A stretch of 51,022 bases of DNA from an uncultured Muribaculaceae bacterium. Its GTDB lineage: Bacteria; Bacillota_I; Bacilli_A; RF39; UBA660. How positions within the stretch are numbered: the first letter of the stretch is position 1; each line of letters opens with the position of its first letter. The position numbers and the translations under genes were made by a program. The DNA lies in contig CAYVSY010000001.1 in NCBI GenBank assembly GCA_964454255.1, positions 1 to 51,022 on the forward strand, written 5' to 3'. The notes beneath the pieces are model-generated. The model ran no database searches and was not told the DNA's origin. It saw only the letters and a program-made list of their open reading frames with translations. Below are positions 18,396-27,112 of the stretch, one piece after another.

Positions 18396-19007
18396 ATGAA
18401 AAATAAAATTAATGAACTATTAAAGAAAGTTTTACCCAATAAAAATTTAAATATTTTTATTATTTTAATTGTTATAATTGGCGTCCTATTTGGAACTATT
18501 TTCTTTTTAAATACTACTCCTGATGATAAAAAAAATATTTCTGATTCAATTATTTTGTGGAAACAAGGGATAAATAATACTAATTTTGGACAAGTATTTA
18601 TTAATGCTTTATTTAGTAATTTTTTATATTTGTTTTTAATATATATTTTTGGAATATCATTAATTGGGATTGTTGTTAATATTTTTTTAATCTTTTTTAA
18701 AGGGTTTATTATTGGATTCAACATAGCTACTTTTATTTCTTTATTCAGTTTTAAAGGCATTTTGTATTCTTTTGAATATGTTGTTTTTTCTCAGATTTTA
18801 TTAATTATTGCTATTTCAATTTTAGGAATTTATAGTATTATATTTTCATATGAAGTTCTTAAATCTTTAACTAAAAAAAAGGTATTTGATTTTAAAATAT
18901 TTTTAAAAAAATATAATATAATATTTTTAATATCTTTTGGGTTTATTTTTTTATCATCTTTATTTGAAGCTTTTTTATTTCCAATTTTATTAAAACTAAC
19001 TAGTTAA
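18396..19007 (+). CDS. spoIIM: stage II sporulation protein M-like (DUF95) membrane protein
   Basis: 203 aa with 5 TM segments. FINALFSNFLYLFLIYIFGISLIGIVVNIFLIFFKGFIIGF is typical of SpoIIM. Confidence 0.65.
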   Translation: MKNKINELLKKVLPNKNLNIFIILIVIIGVLFGTIFFLNTTPDDKKNISDSIILWKQGINNTNFGQVFINALFSNFLYLFLIYIFGISLIGIVVNIFLIFFKGFIIGFNIATFISLFSFKGILYSFEYVVFSQILLIIAISILGIYSIIFSYEVLKSLTKKKVFDFKIFLKKYNIIFLISFGFIFLSSLFEAFLFPILLKLTS

Positions 19008-19093
19008 TGTTTATTATTTGTAAATTTTGTGTTAAAATATATTTAGAGTTTTGATATAGTAAACTTATTTTCTATTTTAAAGAAGGTGTAGGT

Positions 19094-20203
19094 ATGGAGA
19101 CAGTTGTTATTGGAATGAGTGGGGGAGTTGATAGTAGTGTAGCCGCCATTCTTTTGAAAGAACAGGGTTATAAAGTTATGGGGTTATTTATGCGTAATTG
19201 GGATAGTTCTATTAATAATGATTTTCTTGGTAATCCAAATTTAAATAATTCTATATGTCCACAAGAACAAGATTATAATGATGCTTTAGAAGTTTGTAAA
19301 AAATTAGGTATTGAATTACATCGGATTGATTTTGTGAAAGAATACTGGGATAATGTTTTTTCATATTTTTTAAGTGAATTAAAAAAAGGTAGGACACCAA
19401 ATCCAGATATTATGTGTAATAAATATATTAAATTTGATTTGTTTATAAAAGAAGCTAAAAAATTAGGTGCTGATTATGTAGCAACTGGTCATTATGCAAA
19501 AACAAAAAATGGATATTTATTTAAAGCATTTGATGATAATAAAGATCAATCATATTTTTTATCTTTTTTATCAAATTTTCAACTTAATAATGTTTTATTT
19601 CCTCTAGGAAATATTAAAAAAGATAAAGTTCGAGAAATAGCTAAAAAATTTGATTTAGTAACAGCCACTAAAAAAGATTCTACGGGCATATGTTTTATTG
19701 GTGAAAGAAATTTTAAACAGTTTTTAAAAAATTATTTACCTAATCAACCTGGATCAATTGTTAATATTGCAAACAAAAAAAATGTTGGAGAACATAATGG
19801 TTTAATGTATTGGACAATTGGACAACGTCGAGGATTAAATATTGGTGGTAATGACGAAAAGATGTTCGTGGTAGGGAAAAATTTAAAAAATAATATTTTG
19901 TATGTTGCCTTTGGTGAAAATAATGAATATTTATATAGTGATTCTGCTATTATAGAAAATTTTAATTGGATTCATAAAAAGGATGTAGATATATATTATG
20001 CAAAATTTAGATATCGTCAAGATGATAATGAAGTTTTAATTGAAGAACTTAGTGATGATGAAATATTAGTTAAATATCCACAAAAAATAAAAGCTGTTAC
20101 ACCTGGACAAGCATGCGTTTTATATGACAAAAATGGTGAATGTCTTGGAGGTGGAATAATTAAACAAGTTTTTAAAAATAATGATAAAATATGGTATCTT
20201 TAA
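19094..20203 (+). CDS. mnmA: tRNA 2-thiouridine(34) synthase
   Basis: VVIGMSGGVDSSVAA, NPDIMCN, ATGHYA, DQSYFL and DSTGICFIGE. Confidence 0.96.
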   Translation: METVVIGMSGGVDSSVAAILLKEQGYKVMGLFMRNWDSSINNDFLGNPNLNNSICPQEQDYNDALEVCKKLGIELHRIDFVKEYWDNVFSYFLSELKKGRTPNPDIMCNKYIKFDLFIKEAKKLGADYVATGHYAKTKNGYLFKAFDDNKDQSYFLSFLSNFQLNNVLFPLGNIKKDKVREIAKKFDLVTATKKDSTGICFIGERNFKQFLKNYLPNQPGSIVNIANKKNVGEHNGLMYWTIGQRRGLNIGGNDEKMFVVGKNLKNNILYVAFGENNEYLYSDSAIIENFNWIHKKDVDIYYAKFRYRQDDNEVLIEELSDDEILVKYPQKIKAVTPGQACVLYDKNGECLGGGIIKQVFKNNDKIWYL

Positions 20204-20216
20204 TTTTGATTTACAC

Positions 20217-20244
20217 TTGACATATTTTGTATAAATGATAAAAT
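20217..20244 (+). promoter_or_regulatory. sigma-A promoter TTGACA-16-TAAAAT
   Basis: -35 at 20217-20222; -10 at 20239-20244; AGGAGG RBS at 20251-20256. Confidence 0.5.
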
Positions 20245-20264
20245 ATTAACAGGAGGTCATGATA

Positions 20265-21044
20265 ATGAAACAAATGGAAAAATTTAACGAAATATTAAAA
20301 AAAACAAATATATCTAAAGTAAATTTGGCTAAATATTTAAATGTTTCTAGACAAATGTTATATAATTATTTAGATTGCGATGATTTAAATAAATTACCAA
20401 AAGAAAAAAAGAATTTAATATTATCTTTACTTGAAGTCGAAACAATTGAACAAATAGATGATATTGTTATAGATGACAAATACATTGAAACAATTGAAAA
20501 TAAATTTTCATATGGAAAAAAGAGTGGAGTTAGAACTGATATTATAATTGAATTAACTAGTTTTAAAAAGGAAGAACAAGATGTTTTAAACGATATTTTC
20601 TTCATTTTAAAAGAAATTTTAAATGAAGACAAAACTAAAAATTCTTATATTAGTTTAAGGTATGTTTATCATTTTTTACAAGCTATGTCTAATACTAAAG
20701 AAATTAAATATATATTGGGATATGTTGCTAAAGCTGCTGGTTTTGTAAAACCAACATCATATGATTTTGATCAAGATCATCAGTTTACTTTTGAAAGCAT
20801 AATGTATTCTGCGATGACTTTATATGCTAATGGTGGTGCATCAAGAACCAAATTAGCTGAGTCTCATAAACGTTGGGAAGCAGAATTAGACCAAAAAAAT
20901 GAAGAAATATTAAGTCGAACTCAGGAATTGAATACTGCCAAAGTTATTGCACTTAAAGAACTTGGATATACTGAAATAAATGAGAAAAATGCTGGAGAAG
21001 TATTTGATAAAATAGCTGAAATTCAAGCAAGAAAAATAGCATAA
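20265..21044 (+). CDS. helix-turn-helix (XRE-like) domain protein, function unknown
   Basis: ISKVNLAKYLNVSRQMLYNYL is an HTH. The remaining 200 aa are unrecognised. ATG 20265 has better RBS spacing than 20259. Confidence 0.5.
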   Translation: MKQMEKFNEILKKTNISKVNLAKYLNVSRQMLYNYLDCDDLNKLPKEKKNLILSLLEVETIEQIDDIVIDDKYIETIENKFSYGKKSGVRTDIIIELTSFKKEEQDVLNDIFFILKEILNEDKTKNSYISLRYVYHFLQAMSNTKEIKYILGYVAKAAGFVKPTSYDFDQDHQFTFESIMYSAMTLYANGGASRTKLAESHKRWEAELDQKNEEILSRTQELNTAKVIALKELGYTEINEKNAGEVFDKIAEIQARKIA

Positions 21045-21060
21045 ATTTTATGCTTTTTTT
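21038..21060 (+). terminator. rho-independent terminator
   Basis: AGCATAA-ATT-TTATGCT, followed by TTTTTT. Confidence 0.5.
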
Positions 21061-21083
21061 GAATAATTAAATTATTTATGTAA

Positions 21084-21947
21084 TGTGCACAATTTGTAGT
21101 AAATGAAAAATGTGTTTCTAAGGCTAATTATTATGCTGAAAAATTTAATTTGTTAAATGATTTTATTAATGTTTCTATAAATAATCTTGAAAATACTATT
21201 AATCAAGATTATTACAATTATGATAAAAACAAAAAAAATTACAAATTTTCTAAAATAGCATTAGAAAAAATATTTTATTATTGTATTAAGCCTGGAAAAT
21301 TAGAATTAAACAAAATGTTAAAACAAATTTTTGGATTTGATATAAAAAAATTAGAAGGATATAGAATTAACAAAAGCGGTAAACCAGAGTTTTCAACAAT
21401 GTCAATATATAGGAGTGTTGTAAATATTGCTAATTCATATAATTATAAATTTGAATGGATAGAAAATGTCAATATATACAATAAAGTTATATACTACATG
21501 ACAATTGTTCCAAGTTACTTAGATTTGATTAATATTATTGAAAATGACATAGATATTTAATACACATTTAATGATATGCTATTAACACAATTAAATTTTA
21601 TGCAAGTAAAGAAAAAATTTGACTATGAAAAAGACACAAGAGAATATTTTATAAAAAAATATGCAATTAAAAATGATGGTTTACCACAAATTAGTTTAGA
21701 ATTTGTTGATGATATTATTAGTTCTCCTCAAGTAAAAAAAACATTAAGACAATCAATAAAAATAATTAATAATATTATAAAAGAAAAAAAACAATTACCT
21801 TCTATTATATCAATTGAATCTACTAAAGAAATGAATAGTAAAAATATGAAAACAATAATAGAATCCACTCAAAAAAAGAAGGAATTTTTAAAAACTACTG
21901 CAAAAAATACCATAGAAAAATTATTTGGTATAGATTATATTGAATAA
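21084..21947 (+). pseudogene. cas9: Cas9 remnant (REC lobe to RuvC-II only), with an in-frame stop and truncated at both ends
   Basis: A single frame, 21084-21947, is interrupted by TAA at 21558. KANYYAEKFNLLNDFINVSI, LEGYRINKSGKPEFSTMSIY and FVDDIISSPQVKKTLRQSIKIINNIIKEKKQLPSIISIESTKEMNSKN are collinear with recalled SaCas9 KYAYNADLYNALNDLNNLVI, IKGYRVTSTGKPEFTNLKVY and LVDDFILSPVVKRSFIQSIKVINAIIKKYGLPNDIIIELAREKNSKD. Confidence 0.75.
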
Positions 21948-22036
21948 ATCAAGATATAAAAAAAGATATTACTATGAATATAATAATATCAATAATTTTA
22001 TATATAATTTATAATCATTTTATAACAAAATTAATT

Positions 22037-22064
22037 GGTTCCTATAATTAATATTATGTTAACT
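22037..22064. other. dif: dif-type Xer recombination site (11-6-11)
   Basis: GGTTCCTATAA-TTAATA-TTATGTTAACT compared with recalled Firmicute dif ACTTCCTA(T/G)AA-TATATA-TTATGTAAACT and the E. coli right arm TTATGTTAAAT. It sits at the convergent switch in gene orientation. Confidence 0.75.
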
Positions 22065-23456
22065 TGTGTTATTTTCATTTAATTTTTGATTGTTAATTTT
22101 AAGTTCCACATCTAATAAATTGTTAAATTCATCACTTATTTCTTTTAATCTTTCGGTAGTTTTTGCTTCATATCTGATAGTAATATTTGGTCCAGTATTT
22201 GATGCTCTAATTAATGCAAAACCATCATCAAAAATAACTTTTATGCCATCTATTGTTAAAATATTATATTTTTTATTAATGGTGTAGTTTTTTATATTTT
22301 CAATTATTTTTTCTTTTATTTCATCTCTTACTTTTATTTTTATTTCTGGAGTATTGTAATAAGTATTAATTCCATCTAATAGTTCTGATATTTTTTTATT
22401 TGTATTGGATAATATTTCTATTATTCTAAGTCCAGCATAAATTCCATCATCATAACCAGGGAATTTATCTTGAAAATATATGTGACCTGATAATTCTCCA
22501 CCAAATGGTAAATTTTCACTAACCATTTTAGCTTTTGTATATGAATTGCCTGTTCTATATTGAATTGGTTCTATATTTAATTTTTTCATTTCATCTTCTA
22601 AACATTTAGAACATTTTACGTCAAATAATCCTCTTTTGTCAGAAATTTTGTTATATATATATCTCCATACTATGATCATTAATTTGTCAATCGGTATCAT
22701 ATTCCCTTTTTCATCTATTACCCCTATTCTATCTCCATCACCGTCAAAACCGATACCTAAATCAGCTTTGTTTTTGATAACTTCTTTTTTAAGGAATGTC
22801 ATATTTTCTTCTTCACATGGATCTGGATGGTGATTTGGAAAATTACCATTTGATATATCAAATAAAGGTATACATTCAATATTTAATTTTGAAAATACCT
22901 GATTAGCTATTATACTTGTTGTTCCATTACCACAATCATAAATTACTTTTAATGGTTTCTTTGTTAGTTTTATTTCTTTTAATAATAAATTAACATATTC
23001 TGAACTAACGTCAACTTCTTTTATACTACCCTTCCCCACACTTGTCCATTTATTGTCAAGTATAATGTCATATATTTCGTATACATCTTTACCATATGCA
23101 TTATGGTTTTTATTATAACAGAATTTAAATCCGTTGTATTCTTTTGGATTATGAGAGGCAGTAATCATTACTCCACAATCAATGTTTAATAAATCTCTGC
23201 CATAATAATACATTGGTGTTGTGACTAAACCTAAACTAGTTATATTGATTCCTGTTTCTAATAATCCTTTTATTATATTATCATATAATGATTTAGATGA
23301 AAGTCTATTATCATAACCAATTAAAGCTTCATTCTTTTCTTGTTCTATTATTTTTTTTCCAAATGCTTTTCCAAATAAATAAGCTGTTTCTTCATTTAAT
23401 TCTGTTGGATATATCCCTCTAATATCATATTCTCTAAATATATTTTTTTTAATCAT
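22059..23456 (-). CDS. phosphomannomutase/phosphoglucomutase (alpha-D-phosphohexomutase)
   Basis: ITASHNPKEYNGFKF (phosphoserine loop), GFDGDGDR (metal loop) and GELSGH. Confidence 0.9.
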   Translation of the reverse strand: MIKKNIFREYDIRGIYPTELNEETAYLFGKAFGKKIIEQEKNEALIGYDNRLSSKSLYDNIIKGLLETGINITSLGLVTTPMYYYGRDLLNIDCGVMITASHNPKEYNGFKFCYNKNHNAYGKDVYEIYDIILDNKWTSVGKGSIKEVDVSSEYVNLLLKEIKLTKKPLKVIYDCGNGTTSIIANQVFSKLNIECIPLFDISNGNFPNHHPDPCEEENMTFLKKEVIKNKADLGIGFDGDGDRIGVIDEKGNMIPIDKLMIIVWRYIYNKISDKRGLFDVKCSKCLEDEMKKLNIEPIQYRTGNSYTKAKMVSENLPFGGELSGHIYFQDKFPGYDDGIYAGLRIIEILSNTNKKISELLDGINTYYNTPEIKIKVRDEIKEKIIENIKNYTINKKYNILTIDGIKVIFDDGFALIRASNTGPNITIRYEAKTTERLKEISDEFNNLLDVELKINNQKLNENNTS

Positions 23457-23469
23457 TATTTCCTTCTTT

Positions 23470-24351
23470 CTAACTTCTTGGATGAAAAGTATTGTAATTA
23501 TTTTGTAGTTCTTTATTTTCTATGTGCAAGTATATTCCTGTAGTCGTTATATTATTATGACCTAACATTTCTTGAACGCTTCTTAAGTCAGCTCCATTTT
23601 GAACTAAATGAGTGGCAAATGAATGTCTTAAAGTGTGTGGAGTAATATTCTTTTTTATATTTGTATGAGAAGTAATTTCTTTTAATATTTTAAAAAAGCC
23701 TTGTCTAGTGATACATTCACCGCGATTATTTAAAAATATTGCATCCGTTTTATAATCTTTTTTTAAATTATCACGATATTTATCAATATATATTTTTAAC
23801 CATTTTATAGCGATATCTCCAATTGGAATAATTCTTTCCTTCATCCCTTTTCCATAGCATCTAACAGTTTCTCTATCAATATCAATATTATTTAATGCAA
23901 GATTACATAACTCGCTTACTCTTAATCCAGTGGCATACATCAGTTCTAGCATTGCTTTATTGCGATAATCGTAAGCCGTTTTTATTTTAAAATTTAATAA
24001 TTCATTTATTTCTTCAATATTTAAATACGTTGGTAAAGTTTTAATATGTCGTGGTATTTCAATATCTTTTCCAATATTATTAACGTAATATTTTTTTGAA
24101 TAAAATAAACAAAAGTTTCTTAAGGCAGATATTTTTCTTTCTATACTATTTACTCTATAATTATTATTTTTTAAGTATTTTACATAATTATTAATATTTT
24201 CAATATTATATATTTCTTTTATTTTCTTTTCAGTTAAATATTTTAAGTAATATTTAATATCATTTGTATATCCTTCTTTTGAATTATCATATAGATGTCT
24301 GTCAACTAATAAAAAATTATTAAAATCGTCTAATACTTTTTTTTTATTCAT
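23470..24351 (-). CDS. XerC/XerD-type site-specific tyrosine recombinase
   Basis: ATGLRVSEL, HTLRHSFATHL and LGHNNITTTGIYLH give the R..HxxR..H..Y tetrad. 293 aa. Confidence 0.85.
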   Translation of the reverse strand: MNKKKVLDDFNNFLLVDRHLYDNSKEGYTNDIKYYLKYLTEKKIKEIYNIENINNYVKYLKNNNYRVNSIERKISALRNFCLFYSKKYYVNNIGKDIEIPRHIKTLPTYLNIEEINELLNFKIKTAYDYRNKAMLELMYATGLRVSELCNLALNNIDIDRETVRCYGKGMKERIIPIGDIAIKWLKIYIDKYRDNLKKDYKTDAIFLNNRGECITRQGFFKILKEITSHTNIKKNITPHTLRHSFATHLVQNGADLRSVQEMLGHNNITTTGIYLHIENKELQNNYNTFHPRS

Positions 24352-24479
24352 ATTATCACCTTATTATATTTTACATTATATCATTTGTTTTAAACATTAT
24401 CAATTATTTTTATTATTTTATTGTGTATTTCTTTGTTTTTAAAGCTATTTCATGATAAAATAATATTGGAAGTGAAGAT

Positions 24480-25688
24480 ATGGAAGATTTATTAGCTATT
24501 AAACTTAGACCTAAGAAAATGTCTGATGTAATTGGTCAAGAACATTTATTAGGAACGGGTAAAGTTTTAAATAATTTGATTAAAAATAAAAAACTTTTTT
24601 CTATGATTTTATATGGTCCGCCCGGTATTGGTAAAACTACAATTGCGACTGTTTTAGTTCAAGAATTAAATTTAAAATATCGTCAATTAAATGCGGTTAT
24701 TAATAATAAAAAAGATTTTGATGTTGTTGTTGAAGAAGCTAAAATGAATAATGGTATGATTCTTATAATGGATGAAATACATCGCTTAAATAAAGATAAA
24801 CAAGATTTATTATTACCATTTTTAGAAAGCGGTTTGATTACTTTGATTGGTCTTACAACTTCTAATCCATATCATAGTATTAATCCAGCGATTAGAAGTC
24901 GTTGTCAAATATATGAATTAAAATGTTTAAGTTCAGAAAATATAAAGTTGGCTTTAGAAAAGGCTGTTAATTCTAGTGTATTATCGGGTTTATCAATCGA
25001 TGATGATGCTATTAAATATATTGTTCAGATGGCAAATTCGGACTTAAGATATGCATATAATTTATTAGAAGTTGCATATTATTCATGCAATGATAAAAAA
25101 ATTTCTTTTAATTTTATTAAAGAAATTGCAAATAATCCTAATACTTTTTATGATAAAAATGGTGATGGCTATTATGATACAATTAGTGCTTTTCAAAAAT
25201 CAATTCGCGGAAGTGATGTTAATGCTTCTCTACACTATCTTGCAAAGTTGCTTGAATTTGGTGATTTAGATATCATTTTAAGACGATTACAAGTAATTGC
25301 ATATGAAGATATTGGTTTAGCCAATTCATCGATAGGCCCTAAATTAATGGCTGTAATTAACGCCTCAGAAAGAGTCGGAATTCCTGAATGTCAAATTCCC
25401 TTAGCTAATATTGTTATTGAAATGGCTTTATCACCTAAATCTAATAGTGCATGTTTAGCTATCGCTGTAGCACTTGATGATATAAGAAAAAATAATTGTG
25501 ATTCTGTTCCTTCCCATTTAAAGACTACTTCTCCGCTTTATAAATATCCTCATAAATTTCCTAATCATTATGTTCATCAACAATATTTGCCTAATAATTT
25601 AATTAATAGAAAATATTATCTACCACAAGATAATAAAAATGAGTTTGTTTTTAAAAGCATATTAGAAAAATTAGAAAAATTGAAATAA
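24480..25688 (+). CDS. rarA: replication-associated recombination protein A (AAA+)
   Basis: LRPKKMSDVIGQEHLLG, LYGPPGIGKTT, MDEIHRLNK and the C-terminal MgsA domain YDTISAFQKSIRGSD. Confidence 0.93.
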   Translation: MEDLLAIKLRPKKMSDVIGQEHLLGTGKVLNNLIKNKKLFSMILYGPPGIGKTTIATVLVQELNLKYRQLNAVINNKKDFDVVVEEAKMNNGMILIMDEIHRLNKDKQDLLLPFLESGLITLIGLTTSNPYHSINPAIRSRCQIYELKCLSSENIKLALEKAVNSSVLSGLSIDDDAIKYIVQMANSDLRYAYNLLEVAYYSCNDKKISFNFIKEIANNPNTFYDKNGDGYYDTISAFQKSIRGSDVNASLHYLAKLLEFGDLDIILRRLQVIAYEDIGLANSSIGPKLMAVINASERVGIPECQIPLANIVIEMALSPKSNSACLAIAVALDDIRKNNCDSVPSHLKTTSPLYKYPHKFPNHYVHQQYLPNNLINRKYYLPQDNKNEFVFKSILEKLEKLK

Positions 25689-25696
25689 TATATTTA

Positions 25697-25725
25697 AAAT
25701 AGTGTTTTATTTGAACACTATTTTT
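25697..25725. terminator. bidirectional hairpin between rarA and tcdA
   Basis: AAATAGTGTT-TTATTTG-AACACTATTT (10-bp stem), followed by T's. The right arm overlaps the last tcdA codons. Confidence 0.55.
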
Positions 25726-26401
25726 CTTTAATAATATCATTTATTATATAACTTGCACATAACATACCTGCAATACTTGGAACAAAACTAGTTGATCCTA
25801 GCGAACCAATTTTTATACATTCTTCAGTAGAAGATACAACGGGAATTTTTTCTTTTATTTTTTCATCAACAACCCATTTCCTTATTACTTTAGCCAATTT
25901 ATCATATTTAGTTTTTCTAATGTCAGTGATATTTAATAATTCGGGATTTAATTTATTAGCTGTTCCCATACAACTTACAAATTTTATTTTGTTTTTTATA
26001 GAATATAATATTATTTCTTTTTTGGTTGAAACAGTATCACAAGCATCAATAATATAATCAATTTTATGTTTATTTAATATATCAGTAATATTATTTTTTG
26101 TTAAAAATACATCATATATTTGAATATTACAATTTGAATTAATATCTAATATTCTTTTTTTAGCAATAATAACTTTTTTTTTACCTATGTTTTTTTCATT
26201 ACTTATTATTTGTCTATTTATATTTGTTTCATCAATAATATCATGATCAATTATAATTATGTTATTTATTCCACTTCTTACTATTCCTTCTAGTGCATAG
26301 CCACCTACTCCGCCTATTCCAACAATTAAAACAGTTTTGTTTTGTAAGTTATTAAATGAATTATTATTAATAATTTTTATAAATCTTTCAAATTTTTTCA
26401 T
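25718..26401 (-). CDS. tcdA: tRNA threonylcarbamoyladenosine dehydratase (ThiF/E1-like)
   Basis: VLIVGIGGVGGYALEGIVRSG...IIDHDIIDETNINRQ...IDACD. Its position after aspS matches B. subtilis yrvM. Confidence 0.85.
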   Translation of the reverse strand: MKKFERFIKIINNNSFNNLQNKTVLIVGIGGVGGYALEGIVRSGINNIIIIDHDIIDETNINRQIISNEKNIGKKKVIIAKKRILDINSNCNIQIYDVFLTKNNITDILNKHKIDYIIDACDTVSTKKEIILYSIKNKIKFVSCMGTANKLNPELLNITDIRKTKYDKLAKVIRKWVVDEKIKEKIPVVSSTEECIKIGSLGSTSFVPSIAGMLCASYIINDIIKEK

Positions 26402-26591
26402 ATTTACTCCATAATAAAACCCAAAGGATTGAAATCTTTGATAAAAACCCGCGCTTTAACACAGGGTGGTGTTCACAACATATTTATAAGGATTCTTAAT
26501 CTGTGACTAAGCATTCAACACAAAATACGTATTAGAACCCAGATTTATCATATTAGTCGGTTTTATAATAAGAAATCAATATCCTTCAGGT
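26402..26591 (-). promoter_or_regulatory. candidate structured 5' leader / ncRNA of unknown class upstream of tcdA
   Basis: Perfect extended -10 TGATATAAT (minus strand, 26598-26606). The downstream stretch is locally GC-enriched (e.g. GAACACCACCCTGTGTTAAAGCGCGGG) and contains several complementary 6-mers. No credible ORF. Confidence 0.3.
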
Positions 26592-26665
26592 AATATAATT
26601 ATATCATATAAATTACAAATATATTAATTTTTTTGTTATTATTTTAATTTTTTTTATTGTGTCAA

Positions 26666-27100
26666 TTACCTTCTTTTATGTGTTGTCTTTTGATTTTTAA
26701 TATTTATACGCATTATTTCTTCATATACTATATTTTTAATATTTTTAAATATTTCATTATTATTATTTTTTACATGATATTGATAAAAAGATAATAATAA
26801 ATTATATAAATCATTTTCATCAATGTCATCTTTTACATAATAACCACATATTTTTTTAGAATAAATATTATTGAAATTAACATATTCATCTTTATTATTA
26901 TCAATATATTTAGATGGTATTTTATATTTACAATTCGAATTACATTTGGCATAGCTACTAGAAATAGGTAAAAAGTATACATTTTCTTTATCTTCACCAA
27001 TGACAATACATGGTCTATGTTTCGCATGATCAATATTTTTTCCTTGTGTGTTGTCAAATATAAAATATGTTATTAAAATTATGCTCCCTATATTATACAT
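26666..27100 (-). CDS. PemK/MazF-like (SH3-barrel toxin fold) protein with a C-terminal extension
   Basis: GSIILITYF.F.NTQGKNIDHAKHRPCIVIGEDKENVYFLPISS compared with the MazF pattern GD+....F.P..G.E..G.RP.+V+..D......+..PIT. Strong GGAGGA RBS. Confidence 0.5.
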   Translation of the reverse strand: MYNIGSIILITYFIFDNTQGKNIDHAKHRPCIVIGEDKENVYFLPISSSYAKCNSNCKYKIPSKYIDNNKDEYVNFNNIYSKKICGYYVKDDIDENDLYNLLLSFYQYHVKNNNNEIFKNIKNIVYEEIMRINIKNQKTTHKRR

Positions 27101-27112
27101 ACATCCTCCAAA

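Noticed and set aside
21059-21086. A second dif-like half site (TTATGTAATGT at 21076-21086) sits exactly at the 5' truncation point of the Cas9 relic. This suggested an IMEX-like element bounded by two Xer sites.
   Set aside because: Only the right arm resembles dif (9/11). The putative left arm TTGAATAATTA matches 3/11. TTATGT-type words are expected by chance at this AT content. I treat it as coincidence unless a genome-wide PWM scan says otherwise.
21948-22058. Looked for a CRISPR array or tracrRNA anti-repeat flanking the Cas9 remnant.
   Set aside because: There are no direct repeats of 25-40 nt with regular spacing anywhere in 20.2-22.1 kb. The only GTTTTAG-type strings in the window are inside the tRNA (4420) and the nusB coding sequence.
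26402-26665. Considered a T-box, SRP (4.5S/scRNA) RNA, a ykkC/guanidine riboswitch or a preQ1 riboswitch for the tcdA-upstream region.
   Set aside because: AGGGTGGTGTTCAC is on the wrong strand and lacks the ACCGCG of the T-box. There is no GGAAGCAGC-type SRP domain IV motif. CTGGGTTCT...AAAGCGCGGG only loosely resembles ykkC, and GGUCCGAGAG is absent. The class is left unknown.
26833-27057. 74-aa ORF in another frame inside the PemK-like gene.
   Set aside because: It overlaps the better-supported frame (which has the RBS and the motif) and has no independent support.
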